64,000 bases of DNA from the NCBI GenBank assembly GCA_017857855.1, contig JAFMCI010000004.1:1665-65664 (forward strand), in the 5' to 3' direction. This document shows, in pieces, positions 61,314 through 64,000 of this stretch (its first letter is position 1; the number at the start of each line of letters is the position of its first letter). The stretch comes from Bacteroidia bacterium. GTDB taxonomy: Bacteria > Bacteroidota > Bacteroidia > NS11-12g > UBA9320. Below the pieces are notes generated by a model, which was not told the origin of the DNA, searched no databases, and saw nothing but the letters and a program-made list of their open reading frames with translations. Both the position numbers and the translations under genes were made by a program.

Positions 61314-62720
61314 TTGGAAAAGCAAAGTAAAACCTCCGATAGACTTGGGACTGAAAAAATAAGTTCTCTGTTGCTTAAACAATCACTTCCTGCAGCTTTT
61401 GGCTTCTTGGTGATGTCATTGTATCAGATGGTAGATGTTTGGTTTGTAAGTCATTATGCAGAAGGAGAGCTGGCCATAGCTGCCATTACGGTAGTTCTTC
61501 CTATTACGTTTCTCATTTCTTCTTTTGGTATGGCAATTGGTGTTGGTGGAGCATCTGTTTTAGCGCGTGCCTTGGGTAAAGGCGATGCGGAAAAAGCGCA
61601 GAAAACGTTTGGGAACCAAATAATATTAACCTTGTTTTTTGTAGGAGTTTTTGTATTACTTGGCTTTCTTTTTCAAGACCAGATATTAAAATTATTTGGC
61701 GCTAACGATCAAATATTACCATATGCTAAGAAGTACTTTAATATTTTGCTTATAGGTCTTCCTTTCCTCGGATGGGCTATGATGACCAATAATGTAATAC
61801 GAGCAGAAGGCAAGCCTAAAGTGGCGATGTTAACCATGATTATCCCCGCTATTTCTAATATTTTTTTAGATTATATACTTATCTATCATTTCGACATGGG
61901 GATAAGCGGCGCTGCATGGGCTACTACTGCGGGATATTGTTTGAGTGGCGGATATACATTGTGGTTTTTCTTATCGGGTAGAAGCGAGTTGAAATTAACT
62001 AAAAGTAATCTTAAGCTAGACCTGCCCATCTCTGCGGAAATTGCTTCAATCGGTTCTATAACACTTGTTCGACAAGGTATGTTTAGTCTCTTGGCTATTG
62101 TATTGAACAGTCAACTTAATATTTGGGGCAATATTGAATATGCTGATACGCTTGGAGACAAAGGGGGTTCACATGCTTTAGCTATTTATGGTTTAATAAG
62201 AGGCTACAGTTTGTTTATTGCTTTTCCTATAATAGGAGTGATGCAGGGGCTTATGCCTATTATAAGTTATAATTACGGCGCTAAAAATTGGAATAGAGTG
62301 AGTGATACTATTATTTTAGGATTGAAATGGACCTTTAGTATATCTATCCTAATGCTAGGGATTCTGTTTCTGTTTCCTCAAACATTGATACAAGTTTTTA
62401 CTGAAGACAAAGAATTACTGGCGCATACGCCCCGTGTTCTTAAGTGGATTTTTATATCACTGCCACTGATGGGTGTTGGTTTTATCGGAGGAGCTTATTT
62501 CCAAGCCATAGGCAAGCCAATGCCGGCGTTAGTTCTTACCCTAGCTAGGCAAGGAATATTTATGATTCCTCTAATGTTTGTTTTCGCGCATTTTGTAGGC
62601 CTAGATGGTGTTTGGTTTTCAATGCCAGTAGGGGAGATATTAGCTGGCCTATGGGCTGGAATTTGGTTGTACATGGAGGTAAGCAAGATGAACAAGAACG
62701 CAAAAGTTATTACAGAATAG
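61314..62720 (+). CDS. MATE family efflux transporter
   Basis: 468 aa with 12 TM segments. The N-terminus ISSLLLKQSLPAAFGFLVMSLYQMVDVWFVS and the internal repeat are typical of MATE/NorM. The first in-frame ATG would delete TM1, so a TTG start is assumed. Confidence 0.85.
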   Translation: MEKQSKTSDRLGTEKISSLLLKQSLPAAFGFLVMSLYQMVDVWFVSHYAEGELAIAAITVVLPITFLISSFGMAIGVGGASVLARALGKGDAEKAQKTFGNQIILTLFFVGVFVLLGFLFQDQILKLFGANDQILPYAKKYFNILLIGLPFLGWAMMTNNVIRAEGKPKVAMLTMIIPAISNIFLDYILIYHFDMGISGAAWATTAGYCLSGGYTLWFFLSGRSELKLTKSNLKLDLPISAEIASIGSITLVRQGMFSLLAIVLNSQLNIWGNIEYADTLGDKGGSHALAIYGLIRGYSLFIAFPIIGVMQGLMPIISYNYGAKNWNRVSDTIILGLKWTFSISILMLGILFLFPQTLIQVFTEDKELLAHTPRVLKWIFISLPLMGVGFIGGAYFQAIGKPMPALVLTLARQGIFMIPLMFVFAHFVGLDGVWFSMPVGEILAGLWAGIWLYMEVSKMNKNAKVITE

Positions 62721-62747
62721 GATAAAGTAATAACCTTTTCTTTTTTT

Positions 62748-62755
62748 TACATTTG
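62748..62755 (+). promoter_or_regulatory. Bacteroidota -7 promoter box TACATTTG
   Basis: Exact TAnnTTTG, 24 nt upstream of ATG 62780. Confidence 0.45.
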
Positions 62756-62779
62756 TACTACCGTTAAAAAGGGTGTAAC

Positions 62780-63793
62780 ATGAAATTGCATAATACTATT
62801 AATGGGGAAGAATTAAAGGAGAAAATCAAGGCAAGTGACGAAAAACGCACTACTATTTCCTTTTACAAGTATGCCCAAATAGGCAATCCCCAATTGTTTA
62901 GAGATCATCTATTCTTTCACTGGGATCAACTCGGAATACTCGGAAGAATCTATGTGGCTTACGAAGGAATCAACGCTCAACTTAGCGTGCCTACAAAAAA
63001 TTTAGAGGCTTACAAAGCAGAGCTAGAGAATATAACATTTTTAAAAGGTGTCCGTTTGAATTTTGCAGTAGATGACAATGGAAAATCTTTTTTTAAGCTT
63101 GCTATAAAAGTTAGATCTAAGATAGTGGCTGATGGCCTTGAAGACGATCTGTTTGATGTCAGTAAACCAGGCAATTACTTAAATGTGGAGGAATTTAACA
63201 AGCTTACAGATGACGAGAATACATTACTCATTGATATGCGTAATCATTATGAAAGTGAAGTCGGACACTTTGATGGAGCGTGGTGTCCTGATGTAGATAC
63301 CTTTAGGGAGCAACTCCCTTTAGTCGTAAATGAACTAGAAGAGCAAAAAGATAAGACAGTAGTTATGTATTGCACGGGTGGCATAAGGTGCGAAAAAGCA
63401 AGTGCTTATCTCAAGCACAAAGGTTTTAAGGACGTTTACCACCTTGAAGGTGGTATTATTAAGTATGCACGGGATGCCAAAGAGAAAGGACTTCCTAATA
63501 AATTTATAGGGAAAAATTTTGTTTTTGACGAACGAATCAATGAACGAATTACAGATGATATAATTGCCAGTTGTCATCATTGCGGTGAACCTTTTGACGA
63601 TCATAGTAATTGTAAAAACAAAGCTTGTAATCTACTCTTTATTCAATGTCCTAAATGTGCTCAAAAATATAGTAGTACGTGTTCGGTAGAATGTCAAACT
63701 ATCGCTGCACTGCCAGAAGAAGAGCAACGTGCATTGCGTAAAGGAAAAGATACAGGCGTTCGTATTTTCAGTAAAGGCCGATTTAAATTATAA
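62780..63793 (+). CDS. trhO: Rhodanese-domain tRNA uridine(34) hydroxylase TrhO (UPF0176/YceA family)
   Basis: UPF0176 N-terminal domain, a rhodanese active-site loop (VVMYCTGGIRCEKASAYLK) and a C-terminal Cys-rich tail (CHHCGEPF...CKNKAC...CPKC). Confidence 0.85.
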   Translation: MKLHNTINGEELKEKIKASDEKRTTISFYKYAQIGNPQLFRDHLFFHWDQLGILGRIYVAYEGINAQLSVPTKNLEAYKAELENITFLKGVRLNFAVDDNGKSFFKLAIKVRSKIVADGLEDDLFDVSKPGNYLNVEEFNKLTDDENTLLIDMRNHYESEVGHFDGAWCPDVDTFREQLPLVVNELEEQKDKTVVMYCTGGIRCEKASAYLKHKGFKDVYHLEGGIIKYARDAKEKGLPNKFIGKNFVFDERINERITDDIIASCHHCGEPFDDHSNCKNKACNLLFIQCPKCAQKYSSTCSVECQTIAALPEEEQRALRKGKDTGVRIFSKGRFKL

Positions 63794-63841
63794 AAGCCCC
63801 ACACCAGAGGTACGAGGCTTTTATAATTTTGTATACTAGTA

Positions 63842-64000
63842 TTATTTTCTGTACATCACAGCATCCACTGCTTCAACCACACGTTGCACGTTGGGCAACC
63901 AAGCGTCAACCAGCGTAGCAGCATAAGGTAATGGTGTATCACGCGTAGTTACTCGTTTTATCGGCGCGTCCAAATGATCAAATACCATTTGGCTCATCAT
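63842..64000 (-). CDS. C-terminal end of a 2-oxoacid dehydrogenase E1 (beta/transketolase C-terminal domain) gene; 5' part lies outside the window
   Basis: The reverse-strand translation ...MSQMVFDHLDAPIKRVTTRDTPLPYAATLVDAWLPNVQRVVEAVDAVMYRK-stop matches the conserved C-terminus of E1 beta subunits (F..LDAPI.R....D.P.PYA..LE....P). Confidence 0.6.
   Translation of the reverse strand: MMSQMVFDHLDAPIKRVTTRDTPLPYAATLVDAWLPNVQRVVEAVDAVMYRK

Noticed and set aside
63794-63826. AAAAGCC...GGCTTTT inverted repeat after trhO as a bidirectional terminator
   Set aside because: The stem is only about 7 bp and mostly A-T, with a ~17-nt loop. It is too weak to report as a feature.
1-64000. Mobile elements, prophage, integrative islands, CRISPR arrays and RNA genes across the whole window
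   Set aside because: No transposase, integrase, recombinase, phage structural or Cas-like ORFs are in the track. No intergenic gap is long enough for rRNA, and no tRNA-like sequences were noticed in the gaps. Composition looks uniform by eye.

Overview
This is a gene-dense, low-GC chromosomal segment that reads as Bacteroidota, most likely a Flavobacteriales or Cryomorphaceae-like organism. The evidence for that placement is type A and type B T9SS C-terminal sorting domains, TAnnTTTG -7 promoter boxes a few nt upstream of start codons, bshA, DUF368 and a split metH. I count about 56 protein-coding genes, one cis-regulatory RNA (a SAM-I riboswitch in front of metH) and several intrinsic terminators. 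I saw no rRNA, tRNA, CRISPR array, transposase, integrase or phage genes. Housekeeping content includes acyl-CoA dehydrogenase, enoyl-CoA hydratase, acyl-CoA carboxylase beta, msrB-msrA, phnA, dgkA, pyrC, metH, bshA, aroE, tsaB, trhO, an ABC-F ATPase, an SNF2 helicase, and MATE and MFS transporters. Four regions are not explained by housekeeping. (1) 13.0-16.1 kb is an operon of three PSCyt1-like c-type-haem-motif domains on two lipoproteins, plus a membrane-anchored OB-fold protein, YceI and a beta-barrel. (2) 16.2-18.6 kb is a type B CTD cell-surface protein with five tandem Cys modules. (3) 23.8-32.2 kb is a YbjN-like gene, an ECF sigma, an anti-sigma-like membrane protein that itself ends in a T9SS type B sorting domain, and a 2019-aa PKD adhesin. 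(4) 43.6-52.2 kb is a translationally coupled four-gene operon (secreted FN3/Ca-binding protein, T9SS type A protein with nuclease-less ExeM-like OB modules, lipoprotein, non-SusC TonB-dependent receptor). I consider regions (3) and (4) the best candidates for an undescribed system. All family assignments come from motif recognition by eye on the supplied translations. No database search, HMM or folding program was run.
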